Assembly: GCA_963693365.1 (NCBI GenBank)
Contig: CAVNZM010000012.1
Span: 3,423,617-3,487,616, forward strand
Direction: 5' to 3'
DNA from: Amoebidium appalachense
Lineage: Eukaryota; Protista; Ichthyosporea
Length of the DNA stretch: 64,000 nt
Shown: positions 52,522 through 62,446 of the stretch, in pieces
How the letters are laid out: every line of letters begins with the position of its first letter
How positions within the stretch are numbered: position 1 is the stretch's first letter
Position numbers and translations under genes: made by a program
Notes under the pieces: generated by a model
Database searches by the model: none
The model's input: only the letters and a program-made list of their open reading frames with translations
What the model was told of the DNA's origin: nothing

Positions 52522-53508
52522 ATGTCGCTCGACGAACGCAAGCGCCCGACGCGGGCTCCCTATCGGTCCAAGAAGGCCTGTGATGCAGACAGGCAGTACT
52601 CGCAGCACGTCGCACAGAACGACATCGAGTCGCGCGTCGACCTGCGCATGGCCGAGTTCGCGAAGCGCAGGAAGGTGGGCGACGATTCGGTGGGTCAGGA
52701 GGAGATCGACTTCCTGCTGGACACCGTGCCGTACATCCTCAAGCACTACGAGTGCAGCGACCGCGAATCGCGCCGCGACGTGTACCGCCAGTACCTGACC
52801 CACGTGGAGGACGTCCAGGACCGCATGCCCCGCAGGGAGCCCGACCCCTGTACGGCCTGTGGCGTCGGCGTGCTGGAGAAGACGCGCGAGCTGTACGTGT
52901 GCACCGAGTGCGGCGAGGCGGTCCCCGGTTTCTGTGAGTTCAGCAAGTCGTTCTTCAAGCACCCGCCCCCGAGGAGCCAACGCCAACAGGTGTACAAGCC
53001 CCTCAACCATTTCAACGAGACGCTGGTGCACTTTCAGGGCAAGGAGACCACGGACATCCCCGACGAGGTTGTCCAGTTCGTCCGCGAGGCCGCTGGCACC
53101 CACTATCCCATGGAACGAGTCACCCACGCGCACGTCAAGAAGCTGCTCCGCAGCCGTAAGCTGAACCGCTACTACCGCAACATACCGAGCATCATGCAGA
53201 GCGCGTTTGGCATACAGTGCCCCCAATTCAACACCGAGCAGCTGGACCGCCTGAGGGACATGTTCATGCAGACACAGGGCGTCTTCAAGGACGCATGTGA
53301 CGATCGCATCAACTTCCTGTCAGTCAACTACCTGCTCTACAAGTTTTGCGAGCTCCTGGACTGGACGTCATATCTCGCCCACATACCCCTGCTCAAGTCG
53401 GCCGACAAACTCTGCGACCACGATCGCACATGGAGGGCCATCTGCAACCGGCTGGATTGGGCTTTTATTAAAACAAGGACAACCCCGCGTTGTCTCATGA
53501 CCGTCTAG
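52522..53508 (+). CDS. VLTF3: Viral late transcription factor 3 (pox A2L-like)
   Basis: CxxC...CTECG zinc ribbon, YKPLNHFNETL..FQGKE, RINFLSVNYLLYKFCELL, LLKS.DKL..HD..W..IC..LDW.F. Confidence 0.95.
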   Translation: MSLDERKRPTRAPYRSKKACDADRQYSQHVAQNDIESRVDLRMAEFAKRRKVGDDSVGQEEIDFLLDTVPYILKHYECSDRESRRDVYRQYLTHVEDVQDRMPRREPDPCTACGVGVLEKTRELYVCTECGEAVPGFCEFSKSFFKHPPPRSQRQQVYKPLNHFNETLVHFQGKETTDIPDEVVQFVREAAGTHYPMERVTHAHVKKLLRSRKLNRYYRNIPSIMQSAFGIQCPQFNTEQLDRLRDMFMQTQGVFKDACDDRINFLSVNYLLYKFCELLDWTSYLAHIPLLKSADKLCDHDRTWRAICNRLDWAFIKTRTTPRCLMTV

Positions 53509-53825
53509 AAAAACGACCAACACACCCTTGTGTTTAGGCTTCGAGGGAACACCACCTGCTGCATGCCATGCGCCGCATCTGTCGGCGCATCAGATGGTAT
53601 CTTGCGTTCGCGATGGTCTTGGCGGTGTGTCGGGGCATGCATCCCGGCGCCTTCTCGTGCACGCTTTCAGTCAGGAGCCCCAGCGCGAGCTTGTGGAAGG
53701 GCGATCCGGCTTTTCCTCCGTGCGTACGCGTGCGGGTATGGCGGCGTCTGCGTGGCATTTGCATGTGCCCGAATCATTTTTTTGTCGGTAGTGCTGCGGC
53801 CCTTTATTTTGTAGGTCATTGTTCA

Positions 53826-54389
53826 ATGGACGCCGTTGCATTCAATGCCTGCCTGGACGAACTCTGCTCGAAATTGCAGGGCGCATTCCCCGACCTCCCC
53901 GAGATCACTCAGGCTCGCCAGCTCGCCGCAGCGACGGCCGACATAGACCCAGCCCTGCCTGCACGCATGTTCGCGGACAGGCTGGTCCCCTTCGCCGCTG
54001 CCGTGCATGCAGGCGATTGGGGTTTTCTGGACTCGGACGCGTCCCCGCTGCACGAGATGGGCCTGTACAATGCCTGGGCACGAATGCACGAAGTCACCAA
54101 GGTCGCTGTTGTCGACTACATCCAGAAACTCGTTGGTCATGCCGGGGGGGTGCCCCTCCTCGACACCCCCCCCCCGGCCCAATATCCAATGTACGTTCCG
54201 GGCGGCCAGACGCCGCTCCCCACCCTGGACCCGTCGACCATGTCGAACATATTCAACATTGCAAAGGCCGCCACCTCCCAGATGACAGACGAAGACGCCC
54301 GCTCGCTCCTTGAAACACGCGACCCGGCCAAGCTCGGGCAGCTGTGCTTCAGCATCCTCGACAGCCTCACCGCCAACGTGCCGACGTGA
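53826..54389 (+). CDS. Conserved NCLDV hypothetical protein
   Basis: AFN..LDELC..L...FPD...F...L.PF......D..F...W......K..V..YIQKL pattern. Confidence 0.7.
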   Translation: MDAVAFNACLDELCSKLQGAFPDLPEITQARQLAAATADIDPALPARMFADRLVPFAAAVHAGDWGFLDSDASPLHEMGLYNAWARMHEVTKVAVVDYIQKLVGHAGGVPLLDTPPPAQYPMYVPGGQTPLPTLDPSTMSNIFNIAKAATSQMTDEDARSLLETRDPAKLGQLCFSILDSLTANVPT

Positions 54390-54618
54390 AGCACGTGCTG
54401 CTCGCGTGTGCCAGATTGTAGAACTGCCGCAGCGTCAGCCGGTCAAACAGCCCCGTCGTCGCCGAGCGGTACTTCAGTTCGTGGAAGATGTGCACTAGAA
54501 GCTCGAACTCCCGGTCCAGCAGGGGGGGGAGGGAATCGGCGTCGTCGTCGGTCTCGGTCTCGCTCGAGGGCGGCTCGCCAAGGTAGTCGAGCAGCTCGAT
54601 TTCGTCGTATGCCACCAT
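54367..54618 (-). CDS. Small acidic NCLDV-type hypothetical protein
   Basis: LFDRLTLRQFYNL motif. Confidence 0.55.
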   Translation of the reverse strand: MVAYDEIELLDYLGEPPSSETETDDDADSLPPLLDREFELLVHIFHELKYRSATTGLFDRLTLRQFYNLAHASSTCFTSARWR

Positions 54619-54745
54619 CTTCCGTCGGGACCGTTCTGTCGCCGAAGGACTACCCGCGGGTATTTATACCTTTGTCGCGGCACAAGCAGGTCACATGCAC
54701 ACACCCGTTGAGCACCACATCTGCTGTGGCTTTTTCCCCTTGCCG

Positions 54746-54985
54746 ATGAACAGGTGGGCCGTCCTGAGGGCGACGTGCGAGCGCTTGCAGCTGCACGGCG
54801 CCGTGGGTGTAGGGTTCGTCCACAGCTGGGTGCCCGGGCTCCTGCGCATCCTCGAGCGTGCACGAAACGACCCGACGCTTGAGCCGCGCCTCGTGCTGAT
54901 GGGCGCGTCCGTGGGCTACGCCGCGTGGGTGGCAGGGATGTGCGCCCCCCTCGGCGTCACGGTGGTGGTCGGCACCGTTTTGTGA
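54746..54985 (+). CDS. Small hydrophobic protein
   Basis: ATG ORF with a hydrophobic C-terminus. Confidence 0.45.
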   Translation: MNRWAVLRATCERLQLHGAVGVGFVHSWVPGLLRILERARNDPTLEPRLVLMGASVGYAAWVAGMCAPLGVTVVVGTVL

Positions 54986-55006
54986 TTTTAATGCTCTCGT
55001 CACATC

Positions 55007-55711
55007 ATGGATGTGTTCGTGTCCAGCATCAGGGCTAACGCAACAAACAAAAAACTGCCCATGGACCTGTCTTCGACCGCACTCAACGAGCTGTTCCGCC
55101 GCCCCTGCCAGGTGTGCAACCGTGCGGAGCGTGAGCGCACGCACAGGAACATCGCGCTGTGTGTGTACCGGCGCGGATACGTGCACGGGAACGTACGCCC
55201 GGTATGCTCGACGTGCCACAAGGTCAGACACGGCCTGCGCACATCACAGCTGTGTGCCCTGGCCGCACACACCATGCTCGAATGCTCACTGGTCAAACGC
55301 GCACTTGGACGGTCGGCGGGGGGCGCGCGCCGGCTTGCTCGAGCGCTGACGGCCCGCAAGGCCTACCGACAGCCCCCATCGACGCGGTCGTACAGCACGA
55401 ACTACAACACGTACAGGTGCAGCGCGCGCAAGCGGTGCGTCACGGACAACGGGCGGCGGTGCCCGTCGTCCGTGTTTACATTGACCCGGAAGGAGTTCGA
55501 TGGCCTGCGGGGCAAGGACTGCTTTTATTGTGGGTTGGAGAACTCGAATGGTGTCGACAGGTTGTATCCCGCCATCGGCTACACCGAGGGGAACAGCGTG
55601 CCCTGCTGCAAGACGTGCAACTACACGAAGAACGACATGCACCCCGCGGCGTATCTGCAGCACCTGGCCACTATTGTGCGGCACTGGGCTGCGAACCACG
55701 GCTTGGCTTAA
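55007..55711 (+). CDS. Tandem HNH-like zinc-binding endonuclease-fold protein
   Basis: CFYCG...NGVDR....GYTEGNSVPCCKTCNYTK, plus a degenerate first copy CQVC...GYVHGNVRPVCSTCH. Confidence 0.8.
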   Translation: MDVFVSSIRANATNKKLPMDLSSTALNELFRRPCQVCNRAERERTHRNIALCVYRRGYVHGNVRPVCSTCHKVRHGLRTSQLCALAAHTMLECSLVKRALGRSAGGARRLARALTARKAYRQPPSTRSYSTNYNTYRCSARKRCVTDNGRRCPSSVFTLTRKEFDGLRGKDCFYCGLENSNGVDRLYPAIGYTEGNSVPCCKTCNYTKNDMHPAAYLQHLATIVRHWAANHGLA

Positions 55712-56051
55712 CCAGCCACGGGTCGTACTGGCGTGCCACCTCCCGCGGCTTGAGCGTGCGCTTCTTCTTGCGCTGGTTGACGGCGTTGTGCACGCGCACG
55801 CCCCAGCGGAACAGGCGGTCGCGGTTCTTGAGGACCTGGCGCGACAGCTTGCACTTGGACCTGCGCACCAGCTTGGCGAAGTGCCCGCGGCACGACCGGC
55901 ACGGCAGGACGTCCGGGAGCGAGTTCAGGAACGCCTCGTACTGCTCCTTACTGCGCGCGCTCGGCTCGTCGGGGTACCCGAGTGTGACGGCATGAATAAA
56001 CTTCCACGCGTGTGGGCCCCAGCATTTTGATTTCAGGTTGTGTCGGGACAT
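55671..56051 (-). CDS. Erv1/Alr FAD-dependent thiol oxidase (pox E10-like)
   Basis: WGPHAWKFIH...YP...LPCRSCRGHF...W...HNAVN. Confidence 0.95.
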   Translation of the reverse strand: MSRHNLKSKCWGPHAWKFIHAVTLGYPDEPSARSKEQYEAFLNSLPDVLPCRSCRGHFAKLVRRSKCKLSRQVLKNRDRLFRWGVRVHNAVNQRKKKRTLKPREVARQYDPWLVKPSRGSQPSAAQ

Positions 56052-56084
56052 TAGAAACGGGCCCAAAAACATATGCACAAGCCA

Positions 56085-56516
56085 CTACTTTGCTAGGAAC
56101 ATGGAACAACCGGCAAGCCTGGCCCCGGTTCCGCTGTAGAATAGTTCCGCGCCGCATGTCATTGACCCTCCTGTTGGATATATCGTGTTTACAAGATCGT
56201 CAACCTTGTCTGGTGGTTTGAAGTAGGCGTCGCCCGGGGATCCACCGCCCACGCCGGGCTTGACCGAGAAGTTCTTGGGTACCAGGGACCTCTCGGATGT
56301 GATCGGCAGCTTCTCGAGGTTCGCCGGCACGCACTGCCCGGTGACCCTGCTGCGTACGGTCGCGGGTCCACATCTCCGCGTCCTGGTGGGCGCGGAGGTC
56401 GTGGTCTTTGCGCGCTTCGCCTGCGAGGGTCTTGCGCGCTTGGCCTTTCCGTCGGCCCGGGTTGGGCGTTCAGAGAAGTCCATAACTGTCCGTCTTGGTC
56501 CGCGCTGTTGTTTCAT
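56085..56516 (-). CDS. Basic protein with Cys motif
   Basis: RCGPATVRSRVTGQCVPA. Confidence 0.6.
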   Translation of the reverse strand: MKQQRGPRRTVMDFSERPTRADGKAKRARPSQAKRAKTTTSAPTRTRRCGPATVRSRVTGQCVPANLEKLPITSERSLVPKNFSVKPGVGGGSPGDAYFKPPDKVDDLVNTIYPTGGSMTCGAELFYSGTGARLAGCSMFLAK

Positions 56517-56545
56517 TATGGTACTCGGTTACATTTTATCACGTA

Positions 56546-57367
56546 TCAGCGCCCGATACACGGGTTGGCTTTGATGCACGAACTGCTGCGGCGCATGGCC
56601 TGGTCGAGGTTGCGGTGCCAAAGGGCTGCGAGGCTGTCCCCGCTCATGTTGTGCGTGGTCGTTTCAACCGCCAGCGTGTTTGTCCCCAGCACTGCGTTCC
56701 GCCAGCGGCTGTACAGGTCTTCGAACAGCTGCACGCGGCCCAGCATCTTGACCTCCACACACACGGGCCCAGGACACGTCGTGACGCTTGCGAGTGCCTG
56801 CACGTTGAATACGATGTCGGGATTGAAAACGCCGGCCTTGGCGGCGTTCTTGATGTCGCTAAGCGTGCGGTTTATCTTGGTGATGGTGTCGAAGCTCACG
56901 TGGTATGTGTTCATGTATTCCTGGATGCTCGTGATCAGGATGCGTGGACCGCCGCATGGACCGACGGTTTTGAGGTTGAAGTCTGGGCTTGGCTGGTTGG
57001 TGATCATCAGGCGGTATCGCTGGTACATGTCCTCGGCCGCGCGGATCGCGTCCGTCAGTTTAGTTGGGGATTGGTTGCTGTCCGCGAATCGCATCAGCTG
57101 CGCTGCGGTTAGCACGATGCCTAGGGCACAGAGCTGGGGTGTCCTGTTCTGCTGGATCTCCGTCAGGAAGTAGTCCGCGTTTTTGCGGAAACACAGCGAC
57201 AACAGCTTGGCCCCGTCCTCGGTTAGGTTGAACTGCTTCCCGTACTTCTCCGTGTGTAGAATCTGAAGTGGTCGCAGTGGTAGTGCGTCCTCCTTCTTCT
57301 CCACTTGATCTGCGAAATCAGACGACCTGAACTCTGTCGCCCTCATATTCATTTGGTCGGTTGCCAT
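56546..57367 (-). CDS. Hypothetical protein, tandem paralog A
   Basis: L.ALGI, A.R.AED.YQR.RL and EDLY.RWRN are shared with 57395-58204. Confidence 0.8.
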   Translation of the reverse strand: MATDQMNMRATEFRSSDFADQVEKKEDALPLRPLQILHTEKYGKQFNLTEDGAKLLSLCFRKNADYFLTEIQQNRTPQLCALGIVLTAAQLMRFADSNQSPTKLTDAIRAAEDMYQRYRLMITNQPSPDFNLKTVGPCGGPRILITSIQEYMNTYHVSFDTITKINRTLSDIKNAAKAGVFNPDIVFNVQALASVTTCPGPVCVEVKMLGRVQLFEDLYSRWRNAVLGTNTLAVETTTHNMSGDSLAALWHRNLDQAMRRSSSCIKANPCIGR

Positions 57368-57394
57368 CTGATTTCTGCAGCGATAAAAATCGCT

Positions 57395-58204
57395 CTACGC
57401 ACTTGCGGCCAGGAACGCGCTTGTCTTAAGGGGGTTCGGGGTCCCGCGCACGTCGACGGCCGTGCCGGCCATGAACGCGTCCACGTGCTGGCCGTTCAGA
57501 CGGCGGTGGTGCACCGCAAGCAGCGTGTTCTTGTCTATGTCCTTCGCCTCCAGCCGGACCATGTTTATGGGCTTGTACAGCAAGTTGCGCCACCGCTGGT
57601 ACAGGTCCTCGTGTAGCTCCGTCCGCCGCTTGAACGTCTCCTCGGGCTTCTGGCACCACTCGCGCGGCCGCAGCTTGCGGATCTCAGGCGGTATGACCAG
57701 CGCCGCGCTGGCGTCCTTCTCGTGCAGCGTCCTTTCCACTGCGACAAGCCAGCGGTTGACGGCCGCCACGTCCGACAGCCGCAGACCATAGAACCTCGAG
57801 TACCTGCTGATGTCCGTCACCAGAGTCGAAGGCACGCCGTACCCATCGACCAGCGTGCGGTTGAAGTCCGCGGCCGTCGCCGAGAGGCATGCCAGGCGCG
57901 TGCGCTGGTAGATGTCCTCGGCCACGCGCAGCGCCCTGCTGAACCTGAACTTGCCGTCCTTGATCTGCGCCCACAGGCAGTGCGCAAGGTCGATGATTCC
58001 CAGGGCGGTCAGCGGCACGGGCTTGTCGGCCGCCAGGTGTTCGGCGAAGTCGTCGATGGACCCCGCAAGCAGCAACGCCGCCGCCTTGGTGACCTCGGGG
58101 GTCACGTCGAAGTCCTGGGCGTACCGGTCCACCGCGAGAATCTGCAGCCTGCGCGCGGGACCGGTGACGTCGTTGGCGAGCGCGTCAAAGTCGGCATAGG
58201 GCAT
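57395..58204 (-). CDS. Hypothetical protein, tandem paralog B
   Basis: Shares the motifs listed for 56546-57367. Confidence 0.8.
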   Translation of the reverse strand: MPYADFDALANDVTGPARRLQILAVDRYAQDFDVTPEVTKAAALLLAGSIDDFAEHLAADKPVPLTALGIIDLAHCLWAQIKDGKFRFSRALRVAEDIYQRTRLACLSATAADFNRTLVDGYGVPSTLVTDISRYSRFYGLRLSDVAAVNRWLVAVERTLHEKDASAALVIPPEIRKLRPREWCQKPEETFKRRTELHEDLYQRWRNLLYKPINMVRLEAKDIDKNTLLAVHHRRLNGQHVDAFMAGTAVDVRGTPNPLKTSAFLAASA

Positions 58205-58295
58205 TCTAGTCTCTGGCGGACAAAATGCGCGCTATCCCGCGGCCTTTTCCATCCAGACGTGGTCCTGTGCGATATTATGTTGGCAAATCTTAAAC

Positions 58296-59576
58296 ATGTC
58301 TAGCTCGGCAATCGTTCAGCTGGTGTCCAAGGGCGTGCAGGACTCGGTGCTGACCTTCAAGCCCACAAAGACCCTCTTCCGGAGCAAGTATGCCCAGATC
58401 AGCAACTTCTCCATCGAGTTCTTCCGCGTGAACTTCCAGACCGCCCTGGACTACGGCTCGACCGGTTGCAACTGTGAGATCAGCCGCTCCGGTGATCTGA
58501 TCAAGGACCTGTGGATCCACTTCAAGGTCCAGGCCCTCAAGCGCGGCCCCCCGGGCTCCGACCTGCTGCCGTACAACGCCCACTTCGTCAACATGCTGCC
58601 CTATGCGCTCTTCAACCGCATCGAGCTCAATGTAGGCACCTACCGCATCGACCAGCACGTGGGCCGCCTGCTGGCCATGCTCGAGGACATCGAGACGCCC
58701 CCGGGCAAGGGCCTTGGCATCGCCATCGGCAAGGCTGAACACGTCAGCCAGCTGCGCGACTGGGCCAACCACGACATGGAGTACTTCTTCCCGCTGCAGT
58801 TCTGGTTCAATAGGAGGTACGGCGCCGCGCTCCCCATCGTCGCGCTGCAGTTCCACACCGTGCGCATCGACATCGACACCAAGCCCCTGCGCGACCTGAT
58901 CAACGACGTCGGCGACCTGCAGCCGTCCTCGCAGACCGTGGGCAAGTATGGCGGCGCCATCTTCGACAGCAACGTCATCGTCGAGTACATCTTCGTCGAC
59001 GAGCAGGAGCGTGCCATGTGGGCACAGGCCCAGCGCCACGACTACCTGGTCGACCTCTGGCAGGAGAAGATGTTCAGCGTGAACATGACCAGCACCGGCG
59101 GCCAGAAGCAGATCATCACACAGCAGCTCAACTTCGGCTTCCCCGTCAAGGAGCTGCTGATCGTGTGCCAGCCCCGCGCGCGCAACAACACCCCTGGCCG
59201 CAACGACTTCTTCAACTTTGCCAGCCCCGGCAAGAACTTCAACAACCCCTTGTACCTGCCGATCCAGAAGATCGACGTCAAGTACAACAACACGGGCATG
59301 CAGTACAACTACAGTGGTCTCTTCGCGCACAAGGTGCTTGTGCAGAAGTACCACACCCGCTCCCCCGCACTCAAGATGTTCATGGTCCCCTACGCCCTTC
59401 AACCCGAAGACTCCATTCAGCCGACCGGATCAACCAACTTCTCGCGCATCGACACCATCGACCTCAACCTCGAGATGCACGAGTCCATGACCAACATGGT
59501 GGACTTCTGGGTCTACGCAAGAGGTCACAACCTAGTGAGCATCAGTGGTGGGATGCTATCAATTCGATTTAGTTGA
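58296..59576 (+). CDS. mcp: NCLDV major capsid protein (double jelly roll)
   Basis: QLVSKGVQD..LT..P..T.F...Y....NF.IE, ISRSGDLI, PLQFWFNR....ALPIVALQFH, FPVKEL, QPTGSTNFSRID. Confidence 0.97.
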   Translation: MSSSAIVQLVSKGVQDSVLTFKPTKTLFRSKYAQISNFSIEFFRVNFQTALDYGSTGCNCEISRSGDLIKDLWIHFKVQALKRGPPGSDLLPYNAHFVNMLPYALFNRIELNVGTYRIDQHVGRLLAMLEDIETPPGKGLGIAIGKAEHVSQLRDWANHDMEYFFPLQFWFNRRYGAALPIVALQFHTVRIDIDTKPLRDLINDVGDLQPSSQTVGKYGGAIFDSNVIVEYIFVDEQERAMWAQAQRHDYLVDLWQEKMFSVNMTSTGGQKQIITQQLNFGFPVKELLIVCQPRARNNTPGRNDFFNFASPGKNFNNPLYLPIQKIDVKYNNTGMQYNYSGLFAHKVLVQKYHTRSPALKMFMVPYALQPEDSIQPTGSTNFSRIDTIDLNLEMHESMTNMVDFWVYARGHNLVSISGGMLSIRFS

Positions 59577-59714
59577 TCACCCATACTAATCGATTCCAGT
59601 GTATACACAGATGATATTATGATGCGTGTAGAATTGTACCCTGCAAACAATCGATGTTATGCCATAGTACATATACAATTGGTCTGACGAACTTTATTTA
59701 TTGTACCCATCACA

Positions 59715-59900
59715 CAACACGAGCACAAACACAAACACGACGAACCCCAAGACGCGAAAGCACAGGCGGACCGCCACAAGCAACCAGGAGCCGCCGACAG
59801 AGCACCCCCCGCCCGAGGGCGCGGGCCCGGCCCCCCCCCGACCCCCGCCCCCCACAAACCCCCCCCCGCGCCCCCCCCCACACCCCCGGCCCCCCGACGT
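59715..59900. repeat. Strand-asymmetric C/A-rich low-complexity tract (G-quadruplex potential on minus strand)
   Basis: Many C4-C10 runs upstream of the TATAAAAG at 59942. Confidence 0.7.
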
Positions 59901-60003
59901 GCTGGTTTACAGAGTCCTCCGCCGTATGTGCAATGCAAAGGTATAAAAGGCTCGGCGCGTCGCGAAAAACACGCCACTTTATTTTCTCGTCCAACCACTA
60001 GGC

Positions 60004-60849
60004 ATGTCCATCCTGACCATCTACTGCACCGAGCTCGCCGCCCTTGCCGGCCGCCACCTCTACCGCAGCGTCCCCGAGGCCGTCGACGCCCTGCTCTGCC
60101 ACAACGAACAGGCCGTGTTCCGCAGCTACCCGCACCTGCGCGGCCGCCTGCGTGAGGCCCGGCTCAGGGAGGCCGCGAGCCGCAAGGCCGAGTTCCTCTG
60201 CCGCAAGCGCCATGCCGACACGCTCGAGAGCAGCCTGACCAAGATGGCCAAAGCCGAGTCTGCCGACGAGCTGCGCTTCCTGCTGGACGACGCGCTGGCT
60301 ACCATCGACGACCCGGACGAGCGCGAAATCGTCAAGGGCGTCATATTCAAGACCCGCGGCCTGGACGGCGAGGACGCCGTGCTCAACGCGTACGAGAAGC
60401 TGACCGGCAAGAAGCTGACCGAACGCAACACCGTCTTCCGGAAGTCGAAGCCCTTCACCACGCGTGGCGGGGTGACATACCAGATCGGCGGCCGTCTGGA
60501 TGCCGTGTGCGACGAGCTCGGCCGCCTCGTCGAGGTCAAGAACCGCGTCAACAAGTTCCACATCCCCGCCTACGACCGCATCCAGGTCATGGGCTACTTT
60601 GCCATCACCGGCCTGCAGGCCTGCGAGTTCATCCAGTGCCTCTGCGGGGAGCTGCAGACAGAGACCCTGACCTACGACGAGGACGCCTGGATCCCCGTGC
60701 AGCGCGCGCTCGAGGACACACTCGACCGCCACGTGACCCCCGACCCCGAGCCCGAGCAGGACGAGGAGCCCCCCTCCCCCAGCCCTACCCAGACACAGGC
60801 TCAGCCCTCGTCTGCGTCGTCCGAGCCCGCCGTGTCCGAGTCGCAATAA
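60004..60849 (+). CDS. YqaJ/lambda-exonuclease-like viral recombinase
   Basis: RG...E, GRLDA, LVEVKNR, YDRIQVMGY. Confidence 0.9.
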   Translation: MSILTIYCTELAALAGRHLYRSVPEAVDALLCHNEQAVFRSYPHLRGRLREARLREAASRKAEFLCRKRHADTLESSLTKMAKAESADELRFLLDDALATIDDPDEREIVKGVIFKTRGLDGEDAVLNAYEKLTGKKLTERNTVFRKSKPFTTRGGVTYQIGGRLDAVCDELGRLVEVKNRVNKFHIPAYDRIQVMGYFAITGLQACEFIQCLCGELQTETLTYDEDAWIPVQRALEDTLDRHVTPDPEPEQDEEPPSPSPTQTQAQPSSASSEPAVSESQ

Positions 60850-61298
60850 ATGTCGTTAAAGTATGGTAGTGGCATGTCCAGCCGCCGGAGCACTGGCTCG
60901 TAGAAGTGCGCCGCCTCCACGTACTGGCAGAAACACCCGATGTCCTCTAGCTGCTTGGGGATGGCCTGCTCGCTCTCCGTGACCACGCCCCCCTTGGACA
61001 CGTACGTGCACGGGCTTCGGTTGCACGACACCACCTCCAACCACGCCTTGAACGCATTGCCTGGCCTCCGCACCCGCACGCGCGCCTTGCCACACACCCC
61101 CAACTCCCGCACCACGTCGCTCGACTCTCTGAACCGCCGGTACAGCACGCACGCCTGCAGGCCCTCGGGGGTCCTGGTCGCGCACACCGCCTTTGCACCG
61201 TGCGCGAGCAGCGACGCGGCAAACTCGCGCGCGTCGACTTTCGCGTCAGTCTCGACCGCAAAGACCCGGGCCCGGCTCCCGTCGTGGCGATTATCCAT
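60801..61298 (-). CDS. Hypothetical protein, possibly an inactivated HUH Rep-like fold
   Basis: SRARVFAV / TPEGLQACVLY...R...VVREL / ARVRVRRPGN spacing resembles CRESS Rep motifs without the catalytic His/Tyr. Confidence 0.5.
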   Translation of the reverse strand: MDNRHDGSRARVFAVETDAKVDAREFAASLLAHGAKAVCATRTPEGLQACVLYRRFRESSDVVRELGVCGKARVRVRRPGNAFKAWLEVVSCNRSPCTYVSKGGVVTESEQAIPKQLEDIGCFCQYVEAAHFYEPVLRRLDMPLPYFNDIYCDSDTAGSDDADEG

Positions 61299-61314
61299 GC
61301 TCCTACAAGCAATA

Positions 61315-61863
61315 ATGTCTGGGGAACACGATCCTCTGACCGTGCGCTGTATGGCCTGGGAATGCGACCGACCGCTGTCGATCCGTGTTTGGGGGGCCTT
61401 CCAGTGGGAGAAGGGCGGGCTGCGGTTTAAGAACGTCACGGACCCCCTCCATTTTTTCTACCCGGGCCAGGCCGTCGCCGTGCAGCACCACGTCCGCACG
61501 ATCGTGTCAGTGGACGCCGCGCGCGGGGTCTTGGCGTTCGATGAGCCCCTGCCCATCATGACCAAGCCCAAGGATATCGAGGTGTACGTAGACCCGCACG
61601 TGCGTGGCCGCGTGCTCACGGGGTCCGGCGGTGAGGTCATGGCCGTCAGCCGCGACGGCCACATCAGCACGCCATGGCTTGACCGGCTGGTGGAAAACGT
61701 CGATGGGCACGTCGTTCTTGCCAACGGCTGGCGCATCCACGCGGACGGCGACGCCGTGCTCTTCTCGATGCCGTCGGGCGAGCCCCCGCATGCGTCTGGA
61801 CCCCAACGGCCTGGAGCTGCTTTGACGGCGTTTTTGAGGCCAGGAACCACCCGCCGAATATAA
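61315..61863 (+). CDS. Hypothetical beta-rich protein
   Basis: GC3-biased ATG ORF. Confidence 0.6.
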   Translation: MSGEHDPLTVRCMAWECDRPLSIRVWGAFQWEKGGLRFKNVTDPLHFFYPGQAVAVQHHVRTIVSVDAARGVLAFDEPLPIMTKPKDIEVYVDPHVRGRVLTGSGGEVMAVSRDGHISTPWLDRLVENVDGHVVLANGWRIHADGDAVLFSMPSGEPPHASGPQRPGAALTAFLRPGTTRRI

Positions 61864-61883
61864 TTTAGTGGTACTGGTATAAT

Positions 61884-62183
61884 ATGTCGTCAATGGGACT
61901 GGATAGCACACTTGGCAGCACAAACGGCGCGCTGAGGAGCATGAGGAACCCGCTCTTCCTCGCGGTCGTCACGGGTCTCACCGGCTACTTCGTGTACCCA
62001 CCCAACGACTCGCTCGTCCGTCTGCAGAAGAAGTGGCCCATCCTCCGCTACGTGTTTCTGTTCCTGCTCATCTGGCAGGGCCCCGGCAGCGGGCAGAACC
62101 TCACGCGCACGCTCATCGCCGTGGGTCTCGTCTATCTCCTCCTCAACTACGCCGTCCCCGCCATCGAGCAGAGCACATCGTAA
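61884..62183 (+). CDS. Small three-TM NCLDV membrane protein
   Basis: NPLFLAVV...P..L..L....PILRYVFLFLLIW. The stop overlaps AATAAA. Confidence 0.7.
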   Translation: MSSMGLDSTLGSTNGALRSMRNPLFLAVVTGLTGYFVYPPNDSLVRLQKKWPILRYVFLFLLIWQGPGSGQNLTRTLIAVGLVYLLLNYAVPAIEQSTS

Positions 62184-62233
62184 ATAAAGCGGGCACCGCC
62201 CCACCGCACATATAAATTGCTGACACGTATACA

Positions 62234-62446
62234 ATGGGGCTGGAGCAGTTGATCATAGACCAACTGGACAACAAGAAGAGGCGCGCACGCACGCGCCGCG
62301 CGGCCGCACAGGGCCGGCCAGCAGTAGGCGGCAGCAACAAGGCCGACCTTGCCAAGCTGGACATCGCCGAGGCCGAAACCAAGGACCTGCTCAAGCTCAT
62401 ACGCAAAGTGCGCAACCAGATGGCCAAGAACAAGAAGGCGGGCTAG
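62234..62446 (+). CDS. Small basic coiled-coil protein
   Basis: ATG ORF after TATAAAT. Confidence 0.55.
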   Translation: MGLEQLIIDQLDNKKRRARTRRAAAQGRPAVGGSNKADLAKLDIAEAETKDLLKLIRKVRNQMAKNKKAG

